In this document: piece by piece, positions 9,972 to 24,310 of the stretch | Layout: every line of letters begins with the position of its first letter | Position numbering within the stretch: the first letter of the stretch is position 1 | NCBI GenBank assembly: GCA_973895155.1 | Contig: OZ316898.1 | Span: forward strand, 8,977,079-9,041,078 | Direction: 5' to 3' | DNA: 64,000 nucleotides | Source: Marsupella aquatica | Taxonomy: Eukaryota; Plantae; Marchantiophyta | Notes under the pieces: model-generated | What the model was told of the DNA's origin: nothing | What the model saw: only the letters and a program-made list of their open reading frames with translations | Databases searched by the model: none | Made by a program: the position numbers and the translations under genes

Positions 9972-12900
9972 TTAGTGTTTTCCCTTGCCCTTGTGGACCT
10001 TGGGTCCTTTTTTCGGTGCGCCTACTTTCGAATTGGCAGCTTTCGAACCACTGCCACCCGTCCTTTGTTTCCCTTTCTTGAGAACGCTGCTCATACCCTG
10101 GCGCGCAGATGCTTTCTTCGCCTCTCTCCTGTTGAGAAGCTTTGGATCCAAAGGCCAGTACGCATACGGTTCAAATTTTCCTTCCTTTTTCATATCTCCT
10201 CCACCTTTCCCTTTCCGGTTCGCATAGTCCTCCCCAGTGTAAGCCCAACTCTTCGTACCGGTCTTCGCCTTCTTCCTTCCGGCAACCTCCTTCTGTCCAC
10301 GTCCGGTTCCTTTGCTAGATTCCTTCCCTTGACTTCTTCTACTGGCACTACTTTTACCTCCCCTACTTTTCGTGTCATCATCGTCATCATCACTATCATT
10401 CCTTTCACGTTTGCGATTCCTGTCCTTGTTTTCATCGACTATAAGCCGGCCATCCATGTCAAAATCTGGTTCATCATCGGAGTCCACTTGTTTGGGTTTC
10501 CTCAGCGCTGATAGAACTTCACGGGTCTTTTTCACATCCAGCAGGTCCAAAGGTTCATTTTCTTGCATATCCACATCTTCAGGAAGTCGCTTTTTAGACT
10601 TCCGCAACATTTTAGATCTGTATCAATCATTAAGCTCGTCAGATTAACCCTCTTACTCGTGATGCATCAACAGAAATTTGCATCCCGAAGACCAAAATCA
10701 AATACGGCAAGATAATGCACCTGGTCACATTGGATCCTTTTGTCATGGATGACTTGGCCACTGTTGTAGCCCTTGTGCTGCCATAATCATCCTCACTGTC
10801 ATCATCATCTTCAAGATCATCTGAAAAGATGTCTGTGTGGTTCCATGCACTTTTCCTGTTACAGTCACTTAAATTAGTCCATGCAAAGTAAGATCAAACG
10901 TAGAGCTCGTAAATAGAATACTGACAGCTCAAGCTAAAAGTTGCAACAACACTGACATCAAAACTAAGTTGTAGATTGTGTTGGTGATGTCAAAAAGATC
11001 ATCTGAAATCCTTATAAATCAGAGTTTTTTACTGTTCTCAATAACTTCAAATATCATGGCGTATCTTAAATAATTTCACACTTGTTTCTCTTTACTCGAT
11101 GTCTTTGTTCTTCAGTTCTTCAAATCAATTAGTTTTCGGGGTCTTTCACCTTTACTAGCTGGTGAGGGATGACTCCATTCACACTTGTTAGAACGCAATT
11201 TCTCGTTTCATGGCCGGCATTTTAAAAGAGACTCCTATCAAAGAATGAGGCAAGCATCCTTACCTTGCAGTTGAGGCCCGCGACTTCACCGACTTTGTGT
11301 CATCATCAGTGTAATCCTTTTTCTTTTTCTCTGCTTGCTCTTTTTTCTGCAGTGAAAAACAGATTCGGCATGAGAGGATAATTCTTACCCTTTTTCAAAA
11401 GGTTGAGAACAAGCAGACATCTTTTCCTCGAATAAAAGTTTTATCCCTGCAAGAAAATTACCTTACGAATGTTGGTGAGAAGCTTCATATGCTCTGGTGG
11501 CATCACAGCAGCAACAGCGTCCATTCCACATCTCCGAACCATCCTCTCAATAATTTCTCTAACCTGTTACAAAACCAGGTCAAAGTTAGATTGTCACGCA
11601 TGTTGTAGCATTAATGACCGGGACCAAATGGTGCAATATTTCAATACAAGGTCTTCTGTCGTTATGAAAAGCTTGACTATGAGGTTTAGTGAAGATGGTT
11701 GGAGACAACTCAGTAGATGCATTCCTTGTATTAAAGACAAAGGACACACATGTTAGGAGGAGCAGAGAAGCCAATTTTCAGCATAAGACAGAAAATTCAG
11801 ACGAGCGAAGAAGGCTGCCCCCTCACCAAGAACGGCACCAAACCCTTGCCTCCAGGGAAAAGAAAAGAAGGGTTAATGAATGACACGACATTTCTCGCAC
11901 CTTTGCTTTAAAGCGGTTCTTTGAATCATCAGTCCATAGCATCAACCCTTGAACCATGCTTGGTAAATGCTTCTCCAAGTCTACAGCTGGTAAACGAGCT
12001 ATCACAACCTTAACCAGGCCCAGCACAGACTGAACACCACATGTGACAGCATTCGATTAGCACGTGAAGGTTAATATAGACTGCACGCATCCTACTAGAG
12101 TTAAGCACTACGAATCGATCCAGACCTCCAAAGATAACGGATCTGATACTAAAATCAAACTTCTCAGGCTACGTACAACCTGCTTGATCGCAGAATATGA
12201 AGGATCCACACAAGACACGATATATCAACTGCAGTATCGAAAATTTACGTCTTTAGCACGACCTACAGCGCTGAGACATACCTTAATGATCTCGCGATTC
12301 TTGCTCCGGAGCAATAGCAAAGCTGAAGGCAGTAGGTCAGGAACGGTGTGGCACAGGGTAGCTGCAAACTCGTATATAAGCCGAGCGAGAGATGCCACAG
12401 CTGCGCTGACCATTTGAGGAGTGGTCCCTGCGAGACAACCAAGTATCTGCCATCCACAACCCCAACAAGCTCTATTACTGTGTCCGTATCACATCATACT
12501 GACCAAGCCTTACACAGCACAATAATTACTGAAGTGACACAGGAAACAGCTATATCTCAAGGCCACTAAACATCATGACTCACCATATTGTAGTATCGCA
12601 TCAAATTGGTGTGGGAGTTATCCGTGTCAAGTTCCTCCACAGAATGAGCAATTGTAATCAATAAGTCGTATGCTGCATTCCTTGCTTTCTTGTTTGACTG
12701 CAGCAATCATCAATCTCGCAGAGTGTCAATATGACATAAACTCCCTAGGTCTCCCACCTTAAATGAAGTGACCATGTAAGTATCCGATGGCATTTAAAGC
12801 ATGTCCATGGAGACGATCTAATCGAGACTTTGCATGAACAACCTTAACGTGCCAGACTTACTTCTTTGGTAGCCAAGATTATCTCGCTAATTAGAGTGGC

Positions 12901-15900
12901 AATGGTCTCATCCTTCTTCTCGTCACCAGTCTGCGTCCAGATTTTCAAATAGCTCAATCAGTCACTAAAAAGAGACTCGCAACTCATACATTCCTTACCA
13001 ACATACCCATTCACAATGAAACACACAAAGAATGAAAATAGAATACCCAGACCACGACTCCTTTGAATGAATTGGGCAAGACTTGCAAGACTTCAGACCA
13101 ATATTGACTTATAGGGGAACCGAAAAGAAGGACCTTGGAGAAGTAAATAACAACGTAGTGCACACAGCTAAGGCGGTGTCGGCGAGCACTTGGGTGACAA
13201 GATGCCAGTGAGAACATCAGCGTTTCGAGGATGCGCTCTGAATTCTTGGCAAGAAAATCTGCATTATCCTTCAGCAGACGCAAACAATTTGGAACCAGTT
13301 CAGTCTCAAGGGTTCATGATGTAAGATATGAATTTCATTTGTTAAGCGTTTCTTACATTAACGTTGCCGCCCTCGATAATTCAGACTCCGACCGCGTATG
13401 AGGTAATTCTTACTATCAATGTATTTGGTGCCTGGAACGACGAAAACTTGACATAAAAGGCCAAACCAGATGCAGAAAACTTTTAGTGGTGACACGACGG
13501 CTAAGATTCTGGAAGCCAATGAACTGCATACCTTGCAAATAACTGATATTACTTTGTAAGACTTCTTTTGTACTGCTCCATCCTTGTCCTGTTCATCAAA
13601 ATCAGTCAAGTACAAAGCGGTTTCGTTACAGACCTGAGACTTACTTTGGTACAAACTTGAGGAGCACATTGACAATTTTAAAATCTCAACTACAATTCAG
13701 TAATTTCCCTGAAAATAACGACCCACCTGCAGCGCAGGTGTGGCAGTAGTCAGGAGCATCCCCAGTGCCTCTTCATCGAGGCCTGTTATGAGAGACAAAG
13801 CAAGATCCATAAACACACACCTGCAAGTCCCAATTGCGAACAATATAATCTCCGGCTAGAAAGAGCTCTGAAACTCAAACAGAGAGCCAACATCATCTGA
13901 GCGAACAAACTTACACTATGTAACATATTCTGCAACAGAATCAAGATAGCCTTAGGACCACAAGCAACCAAAAACCAGCTCAATGAACGATTCTTGGAAG
14001 GAAAGAAAATCATAGTTCGCAGAAAGCCATGAGATTCACCGAGGTAACCGACTACATTTAGCTCACCTCCGAGATGTAGCATTCTCTTCCGGGTTTGTTG
14101 AATCTACTTCCATCACATCCTGCTTTACTTTAGGTGTAGCAGCGTCTTTAGTTGCTTGCAGAAGTTTCTTCATGATCGCAATAAAGAAGTTCTTTATAGT
14201 TTGTTGGTCTGAGATAGACGCTATTGAGGCTATTGTTTCCTGTGATACGGAAGAGTACGCAACGTTATGGTCGTTGAAGGTAAGGTAGCAAGATAACAAG
14301 TAAAAAGCATCTTAGAGATAGCTGATATTGATGTAATGGGAGGTCGAATTAGGTGATTAACTTTCACATTCAAAAGCCGCCACTGGTGGCCAACACTCCA
14401 CATTGACAAAACACCTTCGACTCGTCATCCCAGGATGAAAACCATCCTGCCAGAACAAACTTAATTTCTTTAAAGGAGGGTCACCAGACGGTAGAAGATA
14501 CTCTCACCTGCAAATCTCCACGCTTGGCTGCAGGAGATGCAAGAAAGATATTGAACAAGAGAGGAAGGAAATTTCGTGAGTATCCAGCAATGGCCACAAG
14601 GTTTGCTGACGCAACATCCTCAGTATAAGCAGCTCTGGCCCTTTCCTCAGCAGCATTCAAATCCCCAGAATTCATATCTTCAATTGCCTGCAGCTCCTTC
14701 TTTCCTTCCAGCGTATCTCCTCGTGCCACCCTATTCTGTAATATGAGAGTCTGTACGTCACAACAGAAGAATATCAGGTCAGCCAGGCATAGCACTGGAG
14801 CGAAGCTGTTGTACAGAATGAACAAACAGCAACCTGGCATTACAACAACAGACAACTAACAGTATGTTATGCGCCCAAGAAACAACAGACCTGCAGTGAA
14901 GAGCATATCAGTCCCCTCAATTCAGCTTCCTTGTTGATTGCATCTCCCAACGTTTTTGCGAGAAAACCAAACTTTGCCGCTGTGTCCGAAGGGTAGTTGC
15001 AAACTGACGGTAATAAAGCCCACAGCGATTGAACACAAGCCTCAGCATTCCTTGTGGCTACTGGTTTTCCATCTGCTGAGAGCTGCAATCAAAGCTTATG
15101 TTAGGCCAACTACTGCAGGTCATTAATGATAGACGAGATGACTGAGAACCACGATTTAGGATAGACTGACACCATTACCTTTCCCGCTCGTTGTCTAAGT
15201 TGATTAGCAAGAGGCAGTAGATGATCTGCGAAAAATCCAAGTCGAGCTCCAACCATGTGCTGTTTTAATATTGGAAGCAACCAGATGCGCGATGATCCTA
15301 GATCAGATTTGTCCATCTCCAGAGGTAACAAGGCCAGAAATTGGTCTGGACCCATTGCTGCCAATGCAGATCCGAGTGTTTTGTGCAGCTGGACAGTGAA
15401 AAAAAAATCCACATTAGGTACTGGTAACACCGCCCTGTTTTTTCAGAAGTCACAACGGTTGTCCAGATTTTAAAACAAAAGATTACTCGTCAAATTTAAG
15501 TCTTCACGTCCCCCAAGGATAAGACTTCAAAGCCAATCACTTCCCTCACAGAGTACTGATAGGTTGATATTTCAACACTAAACGAGCAAAAACCTGTTTA
15601 AATAGAGTCAACAAATTTGAACTGAAAATAGAGAAACGCGCTCAAGAGCTGTCCTTAATATTCTACGTCAAACTCAAAATAGCGCAAGAAGCAAGTCATA
15701 AGACGTAGAAATCTTATAGGTAAACAAATACTACAGCAAGAATCCTATGCTCACACAAATCCGAAGAAGTAAATCATTCCCTTCAAAGGTTTTCGGAAAG
15801 CTATACAGAGCGGAAGGTCTACGCAGGTGCGGTACCTGCTTGCGACATGTCAAATCCTGGTCTGGAAGGGCTTGAAGATCGGACAAGGTCTTCACCGTAC

Positions 15901-17912
15901 CAGTCAATAGCACATATGACGATGCTCCTGCACAACCAGCTCTCACAATGAGAACTTTTTACAGCCTCCAAAGGCAACCTTCAACATTCGAACGTAAATG
16001 ATATTCAAGTTACTCACTGAAGCTGCACCTCGAGACTCGGAATCACAACGAAAGAGAAGCAATGGATATTAGAGTCAGAGTTGAAAATGACTTCAGCTAG
16101 TGACATGAAAACTTACCAAGCTTGTCAAAAAGGGCTGAGACGACGTGGAGAGCCATATCCCAGGCAGTGCTGTATTGATAGCCCAGCATACTTTCCGCAG
16201 ATGCACAGATTCTTTCAATGGCAGAAGGTGCCCCTTGCCCAGGCTGACGGAGCCTCCTCACCCCTTGCTGAACCATAGCATCGTCGACACAGCTTACAAC
16301 CAAGCTCCGCAGACATTCTGCTGCTCCATAAATTATCTCCTCTTGCTCCGCTGCCAGGAGTCCTGTACGCCCATTCAAACAGTAACAGATGTTGTTATGC
16401 CTTATAAACTGCTCAAATCTACTGAATATGTCCTCAATCCCAAGGTGGTATTTTGAACAAAGATAAATTGTTAGATCTCTGTAGTTGTTGGTAGCAGTGT
16501 GTTGTCTAAGGTTGAAACTAATGGAAGCCTGGACTCAAAAATCCAGCATTTGCTGTAATGACAATATAACCTTGAACAAAATCACAGACACACGCAAAGG
16601 TACAAACCTGTGAGGGCATTGAATACCGCTGGCAATTTACGGGCACAGGAAGCAGTATCGAGCTCATAAAGCCTCTCAAATCCATGCTGTATCACACGAG
16701 TGGCAACTGGAATTTCGTCGACATCCTTCTTTTTGGTGTTAGAGAAGAACGCAGCCAAATTTCCAAGGACATCCCCGAACACCTCAGATGGAATTTCTGC
16801 ACTTGGGCTCATGCAAAGAGCTTGAAGAGTGTCCAATATCCGCCTGGTGAGAAGTGCCTGTTTCATTTCAACCAAATCTGCCAAGACAGGGAGAACTCGC
16901 CCAATTGTCTTGCCCGACATGAGAGGTAACATTCCTGTCATACCCCCGAGCATGTGCAGGACTTCCACAGCACCTGCTTTCCCTGGGGCGATTTTCTCTG
17001 CAGTTTTGCCAGAGGCTGGCCCGATTACGGACTTCAAAGACTGCTCAAACGAGCTGACGATGGCTTCACTTGCAGGCGATAACGCAGGAGAGCCTTGGAA
17101 TGCAGAGAGGATACCAGTCATGCATAGTTGGGCACGTTTCCGTACCTGCCAAGGCCATACTGGGTAAAGAACATTGGATGACAAGTGCTCGGCATTTCCT
17201 ATTCTTGAAGACATTAGAAACGAATGAAAGAATCAATCTGTTACATATATCGGCATTAAGCCATTAGGCTGGTCGTACCATACACCCACTTGTGGGCTTG
17301 TGAACTTCAAATTCAATTCATTTTTTCTTTGAACTCCGCTACTTCGGATATTTTTAACCAAGCTTCGTCACCGGCTTGATCGCCACTACAACCATTTAAA
17401 GATGGACAAAAGCATTCAAATTTTCGTACCTTGGGTCGTTGGTCAGTGCAGTGCTTCAGAACGAGATGAAATGCTCGAGCTAGTGATAGCCAATTTGACT
17501 TATCAGCGACTTTGAGCGTGCTCTCGACGCAAACTAGTGCAGATTTGACCGTCGAAGCTACAGAAGTGTCCGCAGACAGGACACCAACGAGCAACTCTAA
17601 AATCTTACCGCTCTTAGATCTCAATACTTGAGGAGGAACCTTTGGCAACACCATGGACAGAAATGTGCACATAGCAGTAGTCACCGCCAGGTCACGAGGT
17701 CTGGTATTCATCTGTTTCTCGAGAGAGGACATTGCTGCAGCGAAGCAAGCGGTTGGAGAGGGAGGTAGCGATTGTTCCCTGAGAATTTCAGATATTGCTA
17801 GAGCAATCGCACATAGATGGCAATGCTCCGGTGCCTTTGAGTTCCTATACCGACGCACCACGGCACTGCAAACATCATTTCCACCATCATCGTCGATCGC
17901 ATCGTGCTCCAT
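9972..17912 (-). CDS. RRP12: RRP12-like ribosome biogenesis protein (HEAT/ARM repeats, NUC173 domain), 19 coding exons
   Basis: Exons (minus, GT-AG): 17912-17430, 17145-16608, 16362-16117, 15927-15836, 15388-15179, 15082-14891, 14750-14508, 14239-14067, 13820-13727, 13588-13532, 13268-13134, 12930-12862, 12697-12584, 12446-12282, 12029-11901, 11563-11462, 11346-11264, 10855-10721, 10617-9972. Motifs DQRPKVRKRAQ, LGSALAAMGP, RIWLLPILK, LWALLP, VQKKSYK, TPQMVSAAV, TGEDYANRKGKGGGDMKKEGKFEPYAYWPL. Confidence 0.93.
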
Positions 17913-18423
17913 GATGCCTTCCTCGGTCAGTCCACAATTTTCTCCGCTTCTCTGCTCGTCTCCCACCTTAATTGCAGTAGAGAAGTTTCAGGTTGAAGCT
18001 CTCCTCGCGTGAATTCAAATATCAGATACTTATGAGACTATATTGTCGAGAATAAAAAGGCGAAGTCGACCTGACGATGCACGGATAATCCTCAAAGAAA
18101 CTCATTCGCTGCATCGACCATCTCGACTTAGGTTCTTAGGTCCTAATTTGAATTCTAGCCTATATAGATGAAAATCCTTTCAAGGCCACAACAAGCGAAA
18201 TTAGACTGTCTTTCCGGTGGAAATCAGATCAGACAAATTCGAAAGAAGTTTGCAATTCACTCGTTCACTTCATCCCTGTGTTAATCTTTAAGCTTCACAT
18301 CACAATCAAGCATAATTCCGAGAATGTGTGATGAATCTCTTCAGGACGGAAGCTCCGTTCTTGTTGGAATACTCATGATTGTGCACCACCACCAAAACCC
18401 TGCCCCGTAGAACGATGACGCCT

Positions 18424-18445
18424 TAGGGTTTAGGAGTTAGGGTTT
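18424..18445 (-). promoter_or_regulatory. Telo-box pair (AAACCCTA) near the RRP12 5' end
   Basis: TAGGGTTTAGGAGTTAGGGTTT on the + strand gives two AAACCCTA on the minus strand. The motif is typical of plant ribosome and translation gene promoters. Confidence 0.6.
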
Positions 18446-18680
18446 GTGACTGTCTCGACGGTCACCGTTGAACTCGCATGTGCTCAATGGTGCGAATCTG
18501 AAGCCCAGATCATAAAGGTGGGTTCATCGAAACCCCCATGGTGCACATTCCCTAAAATTGAGTTTCATTAAATAACTGAATTTTAAGACCATCATAGTTG
18601 AGTATTTGCACAGAGGTAAATTCTACTGGATTAATTTTCATTGTGTTCATATGAGAATTTTGGGGTTGTGTTTTTGATCC

Positions 18681-18887
18681 CTTTCTTCCTTCTCCAGGAA
18701 CAGCAAAACTAAAATTTGGTTTAGAACTCGTAACCATCAGGTTATGGACTCCAAACTCTCATAGATTAACAAAAGTGGTACTCTCCTTTTCTTCCTTCTC
18801 TAGGAACAGCAAAACTAAAATTTGGTTTAGAACTCGTAACCATCAAGTTATAGACTCCAAACTCTCATAGATTAACAAAAAGTGGTA
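18681..18887. repeat. ~105-bp tandem duplication
   Basis: TTTCTTCCTTCTC(C/T)AGGAACAGCAAAACTAAAATTTGG...AAAAGTGGTA present twice, near-identical. Confidence 0.85.
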
Positions 18888-19430
18888 TCCTGAACATTAT
18901 GTCCAACATGGTGGTCTATTTTGGCTCAATACCCATTTAGTAATTATTGATATTTACCAGTTGCCCAGGGAAACTAATGAAAATTATAAATCTATTAAAC
19001 TTTATTAGTGTCGTTCTTTATTCATCAATCATTAGCGCAATGTCTAGTTATTGTTGCAGTGAAACAATATGCTGCAATTCCTCTAGTAATAGTAAATTTT
19101 AATATCTAGACTATGCTTGTAGGTAAAGATAGATAGTTGGGTTGGGTTGGATAAGGGGAGCCCCTGCTACAGGTTTATGTTTGGGTCGTTAGGAGATTTC
19201 AGCCCGACGGCTAGCTCAACTTTAGGATTATCCAAATTGAGGTGCAGTTTTTAAGTCAAAATAAAACAAAACCACACTAGTTAATCCATGGCCTTGGAGA
19301 TTACATCCTATAAATTTTGTCAAGAGGGTTATTGGCATGAAAACATTTATGGAGTCAGTTGCTATTCCCATAATCTATTGCCCTTAAGTAACCTTTTCCT
19401 GGACAAAAATTACTACATATAATGCACATC

Positions 19431-19552
19431 TGGTCTGGGGTTACTAGCCTTTAACCCTGTTCCAAGAATGCTTATAAAATCTTCCCAGCAATAGCTGTTA
19501 AGGTTTTCTTCAATCTCTGGCCATAGGGTTACAGGCTAGTAACCCTAGACCA
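19431..19552. mobile_element. Fold-back MITE (~122 bp, ~30-bp TIRs)
   Basis: TGGTCTGGGGTTACTAGCCTTTAACCCTGT is near-complementary to ATAGGGTTACAGGCTAGTAACCCTAGACCA. A related left-end sequence occurs near 145-170. Confidence 0.65.
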
Positions 19553-19723
19553 AACCTACATTATCCTATACATAAGCCTATGGGGCCATGGGGTTACCCA
19601 ACACGTCTCTGTGCGTTACTCAAACTTAATAAATCTCAACTATTCCTGCAATCCGGGACAGGCTTTCAAAGACGGTCCGCCCCCATGGAACCTGCTTCTA
19701 ATTAGAGAGTGCCCTCATAACTA

Positions 19724-19731
19724 TAAACCCT
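19724..19731 (+). promoter_or_regulatory. Telo-box upstream of RPL3
   Basis: AAACCCTAAAC about 300 bp upstream of the RPL3 ATG. Confidence 0.5.
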
Positions 19732-19907
19732 AAACGCGACCGAATCATGTTTCAGTTCCCCATAACACCACTCGTTCTGTATCACTGGAGCGAATGCGCG
19801 AACACAGATCCCTCAGTGAACCTGTGCCGTCGATTCTTAAACGGACGTTTCGGATCAAACGATTCGCAGACTGTGTTCTGTTGGAACATTAGGTCATGAG
19901 GCTCTGA

Positions 19908-21632
<1,725 letters not shown>

Positions 21633-22789
21633 GTCTGTTTCTAGCGTAGGTATTTTTGCGGTGCTTGGTCGTCACAGCGGGAATGTATCTCTTTGGCAAA
21701 GAGCAAATGAGTTTTATGTCTGGACATGAGAGCCCGTGCTCGCACGGGTTTGGGCCAATGGCATGTGCCTCCTTGTGATGTACTACGGCATTGATGTACT
21801 TGTTGTGCGCCATGCTCCAGTACCAGTGCACCTCTGCTATGCCCTATCTCGTCTCGGCAGGCTCGTTTTGTTCTTCTGAGCCTTTATTAAAGACGATCGT
21901 GTTTTGCTACGCTACTTCGTGTCTATCTCTGTCATTCACTTGCTTTGATCCGAATGTTTATTTCGGACAGCATTTTATCCCCTATGGTATGAAATTCTAT
22001 TGTTTCCTCTGCAGTGTATACGACTTCCGCGATCATTTTACTGTTTCCCCTGAAGGTAGTGCATGTTAATTTCCCTTGATCATCTTTCCTCGACACAGTA
22101 AGCGCCACATTGTCTTGTAGAGGTAAATCCCTTCCAAAAATCCCTGTGAAAGCGCGGCATAGCTTTGCACCTCACTGCATTAGTTGATGTGCCGTTTAGT
22201 TTGTTTAGGGATCCTGTAAGAGACTGCAAACTGCATTCCGAAGTACGGCCTGGTTTTGTTATGGTTGACGCCAGACCCACAAAGGAAGTTTGTCGAAGAA
22301 GAGATTCCGGTAAGAGTTTGAAATTAAAACTACAGGAGAACTGTCGAGATTGAACTTGAAAACCTGGTAGGAGTTAGGACTTGAAGCTGTCAATCTGAAA
22401 TGTGAGAACTGTATACCTACACTCAAAATCATGCTGGTCTCCCTTGCCACTTGAGCCACTGTAATTGGAAAAGGATGATTGAACTTAAAGCTGAAACTCT
22501 AGGAGCACTCTCTGGAAGGACACTAAACTTGAAACCTGATCTCAGGCAATGGCCTCTTAAGCTGATCATCAGATTGCATAGAAATGAGCTTCCCATTACT
22601 TCTTGTCACAAGAAGTATCTACTCACGTACCACCTGTGTCATGGCAGGCCGGTTATCAGTGTTGTTGACTACCCAGGGTGATTATGCCTCAGGCTTTCGT
22701 CACAAGAATTATATAAACTCGAGTACTTGGTTGTGCGCGAAAATCCTTGGCCTAGCACACATTGATTAGTGTACTCTAAGCCCTTTCCC

Positions 22790-23230
22790 ATCTTATTGTT
22801 AGCAATACTAATTTTACACTAGCACTTACTACTGTAGATAATAACACTGATAGAGATAGGGGATCTTGTGGTGTAAGGTTCCGAATGAAAATCCTTGCAT
22901 TTTAATGTTAGTAATACTAGTTTTTCACTGGCACTGATTAGATGCTAACAGCAATAGTGATAGGGCATCTGGGGGTGTAGGGCATTTTACTGTAAGTAAG
23001 ATTAGTTTTTCACTAGCACTAATTACATATTAACACTAATAGTGATAGGGCATCTTGGGGTGTAGGGCTTCGCTTCAAAATCCTTGGCTATTTTACTGTT
23101 AGTAATACTAATTTTCCACTAGTACTAATAGGGCATCTTGGGTGTATGGCTCCCCATGAAAATCCTTACATTTACTGTTAGTAATACTGATTTTCTACTA
23201 GCCACTAGTTACAGGCTAACACTAACAGTA
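22790..23230. repeat. Degenerate ~80-115-bp tandem array (about 5 units), with another copy near 23790-23930
   Basis: Recurring TGTTAGTAATACTAATTTT(C/A)CACTAG ... ATAGGGCATCTTGGGGTGTA ... AAAATCCTT. Confidence 0.75.
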
Positions 23231-24199
23231 CAGATTTTTTTCTAGGCTGCTATATGGCGGGACACTCTTTGGCTATCTTGTGTCAGGCAGCCCCTATAAC
23301 TTTTTTAATGTCCTTAGTTTTTATTAGGTCTCCTCCTATTTTTCTTACTATTTTGAGGGGCATATTTCCTTACCTGCATGAGAGAATGTTCCACCCTTCA
23401 ACCAAGCAACTAGTATACTATTCATTGATGAGTGCACCTTATATGCCATTGGTTATAGAATTTACATTGTTAATGGTTTATTGATTAACAAGTGTCACCT
23501 AAATAGAGAGCCCAAATAGAGGCAAAAGTTTTATAAAACAAAGTTCACTAGTTCATGCTCTTCTCTTTGAATTGAATCATCAACTGTTGCTTACTTATAC
23601 AAATACATTGACTAATACCTTGAAATTAATGCACATGTCTTCAAATATTGTACTTTTTTCATTTTCAAAAAGGTGTGCATTAATTTTCTTATAATTATTC
23701 TTCAATACTTGTTTTTAATAAACTAGTTAAGTTAAAATGTCTACCCATTTCAATTCTTTTAATAAGTCACAAAATAGGCATGTAGTAGTACAAGGTATTG
23801 TGGATGTAAGGTTCCGCGTGAATTAACTAGACAAGCCCTATCCCCCTCTTGTAACCCTATTCCCCTCTTTTTGTTAGTAATACTAATTTTAGACTCACAC
23901 TAATACAAATAAGGGGTGTATGATGTACTAAGGTTATGATATCCTTAAACTAATCTATATTTTCTTTGATGTCTATAATATATGTAAATTTTATGGTGTA
24001 CTCCATAACATGATATACCATCTTTTCTTTATCATATTGTACACCATATAGGTCACACGCTCCATCTAATCCATCTTTTCTTTATCATGGTATGGTATAT
24101 GTGAGATATAAGGTGTACGATATCACTCCATACCATGATAAACTTTGTTATTTTCTTTAACTCAATGAGTGTACACTGTATATTACCACATTTTGATGT

Positions 24200-24310
24200 G
24201 TGAATTAGTTGATAGATCCTTGTACGGCATTGAGTCGCCTAACATGCCACTCATATCAGACCGACAGAAAGGCCTACTTGCCGCTATGAGTTATGTGTGG
24301 CCAGGTAAGA
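24200..24310 (+). pseudogene. Mutator (MULE) transposase fragment
   Basis: PLISDRQKGLLAAMSYVWP matches the conserved MULE ISD(R/Q)xKGLxxAvxxvfP motif. No intact ORF. Confidence 0.7.

Noticed and set aside
17913-17966. RRP12 start at 17966 as given by the ORF track
   Set aside because: That codon is GTG directly after an acceptor-like TAAG. The first in-frame ATG is at 17912.
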